NCBI GenBank assembly: GCA_001787535.1
Contig: MFXP01000006.1
Coordinates: 56,339-120,338, forward strand
Direction: 5' to 3'
Source of the DNA: Candidatus Peribacteria bacterium RIFCSPHIGHO2_01_FULL_51_35
GTDB taxonomy: Bacteria; Patescibacteriota; Gracilibacteria; Peribacterales; Peribacteraceae
DNA: 64,000 bases
Shown here: piece by piece, positions 1 to 7,341 of the stretch
Layout: every line of letters begins with the position of its first letter
Numbering within the stretch: position 1 is the first letter of the stretch
Notes under the pieces: generated by a model
What the model was told of the DNA's origin: nothing
Seen by the model: the letters and a program-made list of their open reading frames with translations, nothing else
Databases searched by the model: none
Program-made: the position numbers and the translations under genes

Positions 1-465
1 CTGTACAGCAGTTGTATCAGCCTCCGTGTGGACTGGGACACGGCTTCTCCCATCACCTTCACCGATGTTCCCCGCATTTCGCGCCCACGTGAAAGCGATG
101 ACCGAGAGCAGCATCGAAAGATCATCTACACGGCAGCGGCGCTCGGCATTGTCCAAGGATATGAAGACGGAACATTTCGACCCGACCAGCCTGTCACGCG
201 CGGTGAAGCATTGAAGATTATGCTGGCTGCGTCACGTTTGGAGAATATCGAGGAAGAAATAGAGATCCCATTCTCTGACGTGGATGACACCACCTGGTCA
301 TTGCCGTACATCATCAAAGCGCTTCTCTATGACCTCATCGAAGGCTACGAAGACGGCACCTTCCGCCCCGATGATGCCATTACGCGTGCGGAAGCCGCGA
401 AGATCGTGCACCACATTATGGTCAGCAATCCGAATGTAAACGGGTATGTCATTCCCAGTGAATGA
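1..465 (+). CDS. S-layer homology (SLH) domain protein, C-terminal part (5' end outside window)
   Basis: Frame 1 is open from nt 1. Two SLH-type repeats are present (FTDVP...GIVQGYEDGTFRPDQPVTRGEALKIM and LIEGYEDGTFRPDDAITRAEAAKIV). Confidence 0.75.
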   Translation: MYSSCISLRVDWDTASPITFTDVPRISRPRESDDREQHRKIIYTAAALGIVQGYEDGTFRPDQPVTRGEALKIMLAASRLENIEEEIEIPFSDVDDTTWSLPYIIKALLYDLIEGYEDGTFRPDDAITRAEAAKIVHHIMVSNPNVNGYVIPSE

Positions 466-466
466 T

Positions 467-540
467 GGCAGGAATGTAAGAAAAGGCAGGAAAGGCAGGA
501 ACGTTTCTGCCCTTCCTGCCCTCTAGACTTTTCTGCCTTT
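467..540. repeat. Long imperfect hairpin with GGCAGGAA-type periodic arms between convergent genes
   Basis: ggcaggaatgtaagaaaaggcaggaaaggcagga / tgcccttcctgccctctagacttttctgcc are roughly reverse complementary. It overlaps the stop of the 539..862 gene. Confidence 0.6.
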
Positions 541-862
541 ATAATTTCGTCTTCATCTCCTGGAACGCCGCGATGAATTGATCCAGATCTTCGACATCGA
601 ACATGATCGTCGTTTTCTGGCCGCCGCGTGATTTCTCCGACACTTTGAAGAACTTGCCGTTGCCGGATTGCTTCAAGTCGATGTAGAAGGTGCGCTGGCG
701 AGCGTGGATGGTAACGGAGTGCACATCTTGTGCAAAACTGCCTCCGCCGCCCATTCCGCCTTGCCTGGGAGGACGTGCAGCAGGTCGCGGTGGTGGCGGT
801 GCGCCACCCGCATCATCATCGCCCATTCCGCTTCCGGAAAGTTCCGACATAGGATCAAACAT
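539..862 (-). CDS. PUR-alpha-like (DUF3276-type) ssDNA/RNA-binding protein
   Basis: 107 aa. RQRTFYIDLKQSGNGKFFKVSEKSRGGQKTTIMFDVEDLDQFIAAF fits the PUR repeat pattern. The N-terminal tail is Gly/Pro-rich. Confidence 0.6.
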   Translation of the reverse strand: MFDPMSELSGSGMGDDDAGGAPPPPRPAARPPRQGGMGGGGSFAQDVHSVTIHARQRTFYIDLKQSGNGKFFKVSEKSRGGQKTTIMFDVEDLDQFIAAFQEMKTKL

Positions 863-1011
863 AGAAAAGTGTGAAAAGAATAGAACGCTCTCGCTGGCCG
901 CTGGCCTTCACTCTCCATACGTCCGCACTCATCGTGCACCGTCTGGGAATCTTGAGAGCATCGATATTCTATCACATTCAAGCACCTGCGAAAGAGCGCT
1001 TTCTACACAAT

Positions 1012-1051
1012 CGTTTGTCGTAGAGACGTGCCGCCGGGACGTCTCTACAAA
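1012..1051. repeat. GTAGAGACG...CGTCTCTAC palindromic hairpin (family copy)
   Basis: gtagagacgtgccgccgggacgtctctac flanked by gtttg/caaac. It belongs to the same family as 24869-24978, 17255-17283 and 48135-48163. Confidence 0.7.
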
Positions 1052-1058
1052 CCGCGCA

Positions 1059-1274
1059 TTAGTAAATTTCAGGAAACCTTTCCTTTATCGCTTCGCGGAG
1101 CTCATGACGATCCGAAGGCTCACATCCAACAAGGTTCCTGTACATCTTTCCTGCCAACTCCTGCCACACTTGGCTTGTCGCCATATCACAGGAAATACCC
1201 AGCGCTTCTTGTGCTTCGATTTTTTGGAACATCGTTATTGCCGCTTCTTTCGATCCGAATGCCATGAAATCCAT
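1059..1274 (-). CDS. hypothetical small protein (71 aa)
   Basis: ATG-initiated ORF directly upstream of metG on the same strand. No recognisable motif. Confidence 0.4.
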   Translation of the reverse strand: MDFMAFGSKEAAITMFQKIEAQEALGISCDMATSQVWQELAGKMYRNLVGCEPSDRHELREAIKERFPEIY

Positions 1275-1313
1275 TCTAGCATTACAAATCTTTTACGCAA
1301 GAAACGCAATTAC

Positions 1314-2831
1314 CTATTCAACCAGCGGAAACAAGATCTTCGGCTCCCCCACTGTCTTCCACCCTTTGCAACCACCCCACGTTTTCAGCTCCTCTGTAAT
1401 CACAAAATCTTTCTCCAGCATCTCTTTGGCGTATGGCACATTGAGTTGCAAAGAAATTTTCTGGGCGGTTTCCGGAATAAATGCCAGAAGCGTGAGTGCC
1501 GCATGACGAAGTGCTTCCGCAAAATGCGATAGGATCTTGATACGTTCCGCACCCTTCAATTTCCATGGTTCAGCTGTATTGAAATTCGCATTCATGCAAT
1601 CAATGGCAGTGGTAACGCTCTGCAAGGCCGCATGAACTTCGAAGGAATCGAGAGCGTCGCTGAATGTCTTCCACGCCTGCGCGATGGATTTCTCATCTTC
1701 TTTGCTCACAGGAATCGCAAGTTCTGCATCTTCTTTCTTCAACATCACGAGGACGCGGTTCAGCATGTTACCCAGCTGATTCCTGAGCTTTGCATCGTAG
1801 ACTTCCGCAAATCGCTTCCAGGAAAAATCACCGTCATTGCCCACGGAAATTTCATGGCTCAGATAAAAGCGCAGAGCATCCACACCGTATTTATCGATGA
1901 CATCTTGCGGCACCACGACATTGCCCAGCGACTTGCTCATCTTTTCTCCTTCGCTCGTCAGGAAGCCGTGGATGAGTAATCTGTCAGGTGTGCGGACCCC
2001 TGCATTTTTCAACATCGCAGGCCAGATGAGCGCATGGAACCGTGCGATGTCTTTGCCAATAACATGCGTGACTTCGGCATCATCCCACCACAATCGATCT
2101 TCTTTCTTCGTGAAAATCCCGAGTCCTGAAATGTAGTTCGTCAGCGCATCGCACCAGACGTACATGGTTTGATTCTCATCCCCGGGAACAGGAACACCCC
2201 AGGACAAACTCGATTTCGGACGCGAGAACGAAACATCTTCCAGTCCTTGATCCAAGAGCGAGAGCGTTTCATTGGCGCGCGAATCCGGAACAATCTTGTA
2301 CGTGCTCTTCAAAAGCTTCTTGAGCCAGTCTGCTTCGCGCTTGAGCAGAAAGAACCAGTTCTCCTCTTCCACTTTTTCCGGAGCCTTCTGATGAATGGGA
2401 CATTTGCCGTCGATTAATTCTTTTGCAGTGATGAATCGTTCGCAACCACTGCAATAGAGTCCCGTGTACGTGCGCTTTTCCAGTGCTCCTGCAGCCTGCA
2501 ATTTCTTCCAGAGTTCGATAACCGTCGGCCAATGCTGCTCTTGATCACTGGTGCGAATAAACACATCTGCGGAGATGTTCAGACGCTCGTAGAGATCTTT
2601 AAAGAGCGGCACATTGCGATCGACAAGTTCCTTGGGAGTAATCCCCTCTTTCTTGGCTGTGTCCTGGATCTTGATGCCGTGCTCATCGGTACCTATCTGA
2701 AAACGAACTTGATCGCCGCGTAACCGAAACCAGCGCGCGCAGACATCGGCCAACACTTTCTCCAGCACATGACCCATGTGCGGCGCTGCATTGGGGTAAT
2801 CAATGGCCGTTGTTATGTACTGACGAGTCAT
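1314..2831 (-). CDS. metG: methionine--tRNA ligase
   Basis: 505 aa. N-terminal ITTAIDYPNAAPHMGH (HIGH-type motif), KMSKS motif (KMSKSLGN) and a CxxC knuckle (CSGCERF...CPIH). Confidence 0.95.
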   Translation of the reverse strand: MTRQYITTAIDYPNAAPHMGHVLEKVLADVCARWFRLRGDQVRFQIGTDEHGIKIQDTAKKEGITPKELVDRNVPLFKDLYERLNISADVFIRTSDQEQHWPTVIELWKKLQAAGALEKRTYTGLYCSGCERFITAKELIDGKCPIHQKAPEKVEEENWFFLLKREADWLKKLLKSTYKIVPDSRANETLSLLDQGLEDVSFSRPKSSLSWGVPVPGDENQTMYVWCDALTNYISGLGIFTKKEDRLWWDDAEVTHVIGKDIARFHALIWPAMLKNAGVRTPDRLLIHGFLTSEGEKMSKSLGNVVVPQDVIDKYGVDALRFYLSHEISVGNDGDFSWKRFAEVYDAKLRNQLGNMLNRVLVMLKKEDAELAIPVSKEDEKSIAQAWKTFSDALDSFEVHAALQSVTTAIDCMNANFNTAEPWKLKGAERIKILSHFAEALRHAALTLLAFIPETAQKISLQLNVPYAKEMLEKDFVITEELKTWGGCKGWKTVGEPKILFPLVE

Positions 2832-2860
2832 AATAAAAAATTATCGCGAAGGCAGGCTTT

Positions 2861-3027
2861 TTACCCTGAGCTGGTCGAAGGGTGCCTGCCTGGAGCGATT
2901 CCATAAAGGGAAAGGAGAGCTCGTGAGAGGAAAACCGTAGGTTTTCCTTTCACGCTGAGTACATGCCCCATGTGCGGCGCTGCATTGGGGTAATCAATGG
3001 CCGTGGTGATGTACTGACGCTTCTGCA
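2861..3027 (-). pseudogene. partial duplicate of the metG 5' end (first ~20 codons) upstream of the real metG
   Basis: nt 2961-3027 reverse-translate to MQKRQYITTAIDYPNAAPHMGHVL, against the genuine MTRQYITTAIDYPNAAPHMGHVL at 2766-2831. The copy then runs into unrelated sequence and stops at 2861. Confidence 0.7.
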
Positions 3028-3080
3028 TGCACGGCAAATGATAGCGGAAATCCGAGAGGACATCAGACAATCTATTTGGC

Positions 3081-3464
3081 TCAGCTCGCTGCGACGTTTA
3101 CAAGCTGTACGACGTACAGCACCAGCGCATCGGCAATGATGGCAAGGACAAGGCCAAGGAGCGCGTACATCGCGATCTTCTTTCCTTCACTCATGCCTTC
3201 ATCCTGTCCGCGAGAGAGGATGATCTTGATGCCGGCGTAGATGAGTGCCGCGACAGCAACGCCGCCGATCATCATGAGGAGGAAACCGCTGATTTTCAGG
3301 AAAAGCAGTGCGGGTGCGCCGGTGCCGACCGAACAGAAAGGCACCGTGGAACAGACGGTCGCCCACATGCTTGCCACACCGGGGTTCGCCGTCCCGACAT
3401 TTTGGAGCACCTGTGCGTGCGCCACGGAGATCAGCGAGCCGATGAGTGAGAGGAGTGCATGCAT
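3081..3464 (-). CDS. TrbC/VirB2-like (T4SS pilin-type) small membrane protein
   Basis: 127 aa. Signal peptide ending AHA-Q. Two hydrophobic helices are separated by the charged loop SRGQDEGMSEGKK. Confidence 0.65.
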   Translation of the reverse strand: MHALLSLIGSLISVAHAQVLQNVGTANPGVASMWATVCSTVPFCSVGTGAPALLFLKISGFLLMMIGGVAVAALIYAGIKIILSRGQDEGMSEGKKIAMYALLGLVLAIIADALVLYVVQLVNVAAS

Positions 3465-3465
3465 G

Positions 3466-4050
3466 TTAGAAATTCATGGCAAGGAGAGCGTTCACAAGAG
3501 CATGAGCGGCATTGGTGATGACGGCGCCGGTAAGCGACCACCGAACGATACCGAGGCATTTCTTGTATTCATCGCCTTTGCCGCCGGCAATGGTCATGCG
3601 GTACCCGGCAAACATGATGGTAAGGACGAGCACAACGTTGAAGAGAGTGACAATGATGCGAATGACGGACGGCAATGCGCCGCCAAAGAGGAAGTTCTGC
3701 GTAAAGCCTTGGCCGTAATCTTCCGTCACGACGAAGGCGATGACCACTTGCGATGTCAGCGCCACCATGAGTCCGATGAGCGCATAGATGACCGCCCACT
3801 TGGAACTCGTGATTTTCGCCTCATCGCCGAATGCCAGCATCATCTGCACGCCGGCGACGGCAATGAAGATAACGGCGGCCGCACCGGCGACATTGCCGAG
3901 GATGCCAATGAGCGCAGGAAGTGCGCCTGTGAAGAGGACATTGTCGAGAGATCCTCCGCACCCCGCCAATCCCGTGCACACAACCACAGGGGGCGTCTGC
4001 GCGAACGCGTGTTCCATGAGAAGTGCCGAGAAGAATGAGAGAAGTTGCAT
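3466..4050 (-). CDS. TrbC/VirB2-like pilin-type membrane protein (larger paralog)
   Basis: Start reassigned to ATG at 4050 (MQLLSFFSALLMEHAFA-Q signal peptide). The ORF-track N-terminus is Arg-rich read-through of the upstream gene. Several TM helices; loop FGDEAKITSSK. Confidence 0.6.
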   Translation of the reverse strand: MQLLSFFSALLMEHAFAQTPPVVVCTGLAGCGGSLDNVLFTGALPALIGILGNVAGAAAVIFIAVAGVQMMLAFGDEAKITSSKWAVIYALIGLMVALTSQVVIAFVVTEDYGQGFTQNFLFGGALPSVIRIIVTLFNVVLVLTIMFAGYRMTIAGGKGDEYKKCLGIVRWSLTGAVITNAAHALVNALLAMNF

Positions 4051-4052
4051 GA

Positions 4053-4448
4053 TTAACAGCCTCCGCCGCCGACGGAGCCGGAGACGAAGAACGAGGGATT
4101 GAGGACACGGAGGATGACGCCTGCAAACACGAGCATGAGGAGTCCAAGCAACGCATTTTTCAGACGATCGAGTCCTTCTTGTTTCTTGCTCTGATCCCCT
4201 CCGGACATGATGACCTGGAGTCCGCCGACGAGCGCCATGAGCACGGCGATGCCCGCGGCGGTTCCAATGAGCCACGGCCAGAGAAGATTGAAATATCCGA
4301 AGAACGTACCCAATCCCGGTTTGGGAGTGAGCTTGTCACAGCCACCGACGGGTTCCATCAGTTGGATGTCCGCTGCCAGTGCCAAAGGCATAGCCCAGAG
4401 TGTGGATACCAGAGAGGAAAAACTGTGAAGAAGGGTTTTTGTGTACAT
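4053..4448 (-). CDS. TrbC/VirB2-like pilin-type membrane protein
   Basis: Start at ATG 4448 (MYTKTLL...). Signal peptide ALA-AD, two TM helices, loop SGGDQSKKQEG. The stop lies 2 nt from the next start. Confidence 0.6.
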   Translation of the reverse strand: MYTKTLLHSFSSLVSTLWAMPLALAADIQLMEPVGGCDKLTPKPGLGTFFGYFNLLWPWLIGTAAGIAVLMALVGGLQVIMSGGDQSKKQEGLDRLKNALLGLLMLVFAGVILRVLNPSFFVSGSVGGGGC

Positions 4449-4570
4449 CGAAGTATTATAGCACAAAACGGCTTCAGGAGCGAGTATTTAGATGTACTGA
4501 TTTTGGTATGTGGCAGCCTAAAAAAACACCCTGCAAGCGGGTTAGCGGAAATTGTTACCACAACGACTGG

Positions 4571-4861
4571 TCAGCCCTTCTTTTTAGGATCTTCCCATGC
4601 GTAGATGCAATCTGCGCCACCAAGTATCTGCGTACAATGAACTCGTCCTGCTCCACTCAGATGTGCTGCTTTTGGGCAACAAACACGTCGAATTCCATTT
4701 GCAAAGGTTGTAATTTGTGCAACCACAGGTGACTCGAGTCGTGAATCAAATTCATGGCTATCTTCGTTGTAACAGATTCCATTACATTCAACTGACTGCA
4801 CGAGACCTGTGCCAGTTGGAATCTGATCTGAGGCCAAGACAACTCCTACTAATTTGTTCAT
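4571..4861 (-). CDS. hypothetical Cys-containing small protein (96 aa)
   Basis: ATG ORF heading the pilin gene string on the same strand. No recognisable domain. Confidence 0.4.
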   Translation of the reverse strand: MNKLVGVVLASDQIPTGTGLVQSVECNGICYNEDSHEFDSRLESPVVAQITTFANGIRRVCCPKAAHLSGAGRVHCTQILGGADCIYAWEDPKKKG

Positions 4862-4897
4862 ATATGTTTATATTAATAAAGTTAATTATTCTGTCAA

Positions 4898-4971
4898 TGG
4901 AGCGGGATACGAGAATCGAACTCGCGTCTCAAGCTTGGGAAGCTCGCGTACTGCCACTGTACTAATCCCGC
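4898..4971 (-). tRNA. tRNA-Gly (anticodon CCC), CCA encoded
   Basis: Reverse complement GCGGGAT..CGAGC-TTCCCAA-GCTTG..GTTCGATTC..ATCCCGCTCCA folds as a cloverleaf. Confidence 0.9.
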
Positions 4972-4994
4972 ACTTTTTCCCCACACGCGTGAAA

Positions 4995-5071
4995 TGGAGC
5001 GGATGACGGGACTCGAACCCGCGACCTTCGCCTTGGCAAGGCGACGCTCTAGCCAACTGAGCTACATCCGC
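4995..5071 (-). tRNA. tRNA-Gly (anticodon GCC), CCA encoded
   Basis: Reverse complement GCGGATGTAGCTCAGTTGGCTAGAGCG-TCGCC-TTGCCAA-GGCGA..GGTTCGAGTCC..CATCCGCTCCA. Confidence 0.9.
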
Positions 5072-5131
5072 AGAACCTGGAGATGCTACGAATCTTCGGC
5101 TTTCGATGCAAGTCAGAAAACACCCATCAAA

Positions 5132-5206
5132 TGGTGCCCTCGACAGGAATTGAACCTGTACTTCCAGCTTCGGAGGCCAGTGGTCTATCCGTTAACCTAC
5201 GAGGGC
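5132..5206 (-). tRNA. tRNA-Arg (anticodon CCG), CCA encoded
   Basis: Reverse complement GCCCTCGTAGGTTAACGGATAGACC-A-CTGGC-CTCCGAA-GCTGG..CAGGTTCAATTCCTGT-CGAGGGCACCA. Confidence 0.85.
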
Positions 5207-5961
5207 AGTCTGTAGAACTCTACCGCATTCGCGGTCGTCGCTGCATCCACTTCTTCTACGGAGACTCCTTTGATGTCCGCGATTGCCTTTGCGACTTCGA
5301 TGACGAACGCTGGCTCATTCCTCTTCCCGCGATGCGGCACCGGAGCCAGGTACGGTGCATCGGTTTCGATCATCATCTGCGAGAGCGGACAATGTTTGAT
5401 GGTCTTTCTGATGTCTGCAGCGTTCGGATACGTCGTGATTCCTGTAAAAGAGAGTAAGTATCCAGCTGCGATGAATCGTTCCACATCTTCCCATTTCTCC
5501 GTGCAGCAGTGGAGCACGAGGGACGCCGGTTTTTCTTTTTCGATGATCATCCACAGATCTTCGACAGCTTCGCGACAGTGAATCACTGCGGGCTTTTTGA
5601 TTTCTTTTGCAATCTTTAATTGGAGAGCGAAGACTTCTCGCTGTGTGTCGCGCGGCGAAAAATCATAGTGATAGTCAAGGCCTATCTCCCCCACCGCCTT
5701 CACTTTCTTGGAAGATTGCACCAGCAATCGAAGACGATCATCATCTCCTTGCTTCCAACTTTTTGCTTCGTGCGGATGCACGCCGACGGTGGCAAAAATC
5801 TGCGGATGTTTTTCTGCGATGGCGATGCATTTTTCTGCCTCTTCCAATGTATCGGCAATCGTCACCATGCGATCCACGCCGTTTTTCGTTGCACGTGCGA
5901 TGACGTCAGGAAGATCAGCGGCAAATTTAGCATCTGCAAGATGGCAATGGCTGTCAATCAT
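5197..5961 (-). CDS. tatD: TatD family metal-dependent hydrolase/DNase
   Basis: 254 aa. MIDSHCHL start, later HPHEA, EIGLDYHY, VIHCREA and ETDAPYL motifs. A TATAAT hexamer lies 6 nt upstream of the ATG. Confidence 0.9.
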   Translation of the reverse strand: MIDSHCHLADAKFAADLPDVIARATKNGVDRMVTIADTLEEAEKCIAIAEKHPQIFATVGVHPHEAKSWKQGDDDRLRLLVQSSKKVKAVGEIGLDYHYDFSPRDTQREVFALQLKIAKEIKKPAVIHCREAVEDLWMIIEKEKPASLVLHCCTEKWEDVERFIAAGYLLSFTGITTYPNAADIRKTIKHCPLSQMMIETDAPYLAPVPHRGKRNEPAFVIEVAKAIADIKGVSVEEVDAATTANAVEFYRLPS

Positions 5962-6049
5962 ACGGCGATTATACGCATAAAAAGCCCTTTCTGCTGCGCA
6001 GAACCACAGTCGCTTTTCTGAGTGTTTGGTGGTATAATAAAGTTAACAT

Positions 6050-6568
6050 ATGAACATCCACACACAAACCATCATCGGCACGTTCGCAGGCGTTTTGATA
6101 GGTCTTTCCGTTTCCGCTGCTTCCGAAAACTTCAGCGCAGGACTCATGAGTATCAAACCGAGAATGATTACCGATTCGTGCCTGACACAAGGTAATGGAT
6201 CGCTGGCATGCCAAGGGTGTTTGAAAAATTCATGTAGGAACCAAACCAAGACAGGAGCTCTGCAAGAGTGTCTTGTGAGTTGCAGCGGAGAACCCAAGCT
6301 CCATGGCAGTGCAGCGGACAGGTGCACGGCACAAGGCAATGGAAGTGAATCATGCAATACATGTTTGAAGAACGCATGCAGGACTGCATCCACGGAATAT
6401 GCAGCGGTCATCTGCGAACGAAGTTGCAAGACGGGCACGGAAGGGGAAGACCCCGCTTGTTTGCAGCAAGGAAACGGCAGCGTACGATGTGCCACCTGTT
6501 TGGAAGATCGTTGCGAAAAACACAGTACGTCACAGTCGCTGTATTTGTGCAGGTATCGCTGCCTGTAA
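6050..6568 (+). CDS. secreted/membrane-anchored cysteine-rich protein with three internal repeats
   Basis: 172 aa with an N-terminal hydrophobic segment. Three repeats of C-x2-QGNGS-x2-C-x2-CL-x3-C...C-x3-C (18 Cys in total). Confidence 0.6.
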   Translation: MNIHTQTIIGTFAGVLIGLSVSAASENFSAGLMSIKPRMITDSCLTQGNGSLACQGCLKNSCRNQTKTGALQECLVSCSGEPKLHGSAADRCTAQGNGSESCNTCLKNACRTASTEYAAVICERSCKTGTEGEDPACLQQGNGSVRCATCLEDRCEKHSTSQSLYLCRYRCL

Positions 6569-6704
6569 CTAATAATGCACGATAGATGATGCGAGAATTT
6601 TTTTCCTATGCCACACAAATCCGCATAGCATTGAAAAATTTCTTGGCTTTGGAATAGGATAGGCACAGTGCCATTTTCCTATACACCAGAAAGGAGGTGA
6701 ATAG

Positions 6705-6782
6705 ATGGCCACGCCATCAAAGCCGCCGAAGCCTCAGCCTCAACCAAGGCCTCAGCCAAAACCTTGCGGTGGCGGTAGCTGA
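6705..6782 (+). CDS. candidate 25-aa proline-rich micro-ORF (MATPSKPPKPQPQPRPQPKPCGGGS)
   Basis: Preceded by AAAGGAGGTGA, which ends 4 nt before the ATG. This is the only strong SD noticed in the window. The ORF is below the ORF-track length cutoff. Confidence 0.3.
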   Translation: MATPSKPPKPQPQPRPQPKPCGGGS

Positions 6783-6791
6783 CGGTAGCTA

Positions 6792-6815
6792 CACAAAAGC
6801 CCTCAGTTTGAGGGC
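6792..6815 (-). terminator. Rho-independent terminator candidate downstream of tRNA-Lys
   Basis: The minus strand reads GCCCTCAAACTGAGGGC followed by TTTTGTGT. A second 11-bp-stem hairpin lies at 6829-6860. Confidence 0.5.
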
Positions 6816-6881
6816 AAAGCTTCCGACCGCCCGCTACGACCTATTATGATCGTAGCGGGCACCTTATAAATGCACGGGTTG

Positions 6882-6957
6882 TGGTGGGTCGGGCGGGACT
6901 TGAACCCGCGACCAAAGGCTTAAAAGGCCTCTGCTCTACCAACTGAGCTACCGACCC
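6882..6957 (-). tRNA. tRNA-Lys (anticodon TTT), CCA encoded
   Basis: Reverse complement GGGTCGGTAGCTCAGTTGGTAGAGCA-GAGGC-CTTTTAA-GCCTT..GGTTCAAGTCC..CCGACCCACCA. Confidence 0.9.
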
Positions 6958-7038
6958 GCGGTAGCCCAAAGTATGGAGGAGAAATCGGAAATTATGAAGA
7001 GGATTTGTATGCCTTCTATTGCTTCAGGAAATTGTGAA

Positions 7039-7212
7039 TCAGCTCGCATTCGCCCAGTCCACTTCTTGCGGCAGCAAACGACGATACGATTCCCCGAGAA
7101 GATCTTTTTTCACTGCAAGATTTTGCTCCACCCGTATCAAGTGTTCATTGGAATCAATATCACCCCAGAGATCATTTGATGCTGTATCAAGAACGGCAGT
7201 TTCTTGTTGCAT
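7039..7212 (-). CDS. hypothetical small protein (57 aa from internal ATG)
   Basis: The only ORF in the tRNA-Lys/typA gap. No motif and no SD. Confidence 0.2.
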   Translation of the reverse strand: MQQETAVLDTASNDLWGDIDSNEHLIRVEQNLAVKKDLLGESYRRLLPQEVDWANAS

Positions 7213-7341
7213 AGAATATGTGGGAATGAATATGAAAACATAATGCAATACACAAAGACGGTTGAAACGCCGAAGACTTTCCGAAAAAACCGTCATCTAA
7301 AATGATGGCCTTCAGATGCAAATAATTGAGGATCATCGAAG

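Noticed and set aside
690-1532. 280-aa plus-strand ORF spanning the PUR-like gene, a hairpin repeat and the metG 3' end
   Set aside because: It overlaps three better-supported minus-strand features, and its composition is Arg/Cys/His-rich.
6043-6666. 207-aa minus-strand ORF opposite the Cys-rich repeat gene
   Set aside because: The plus-strand frame has a signal-like N-terminus, a TATAAT-type hexamer upstream and a clean triple-repeat architecture. The minus frame merely mirrors the repeats. Some uncertainty remains.
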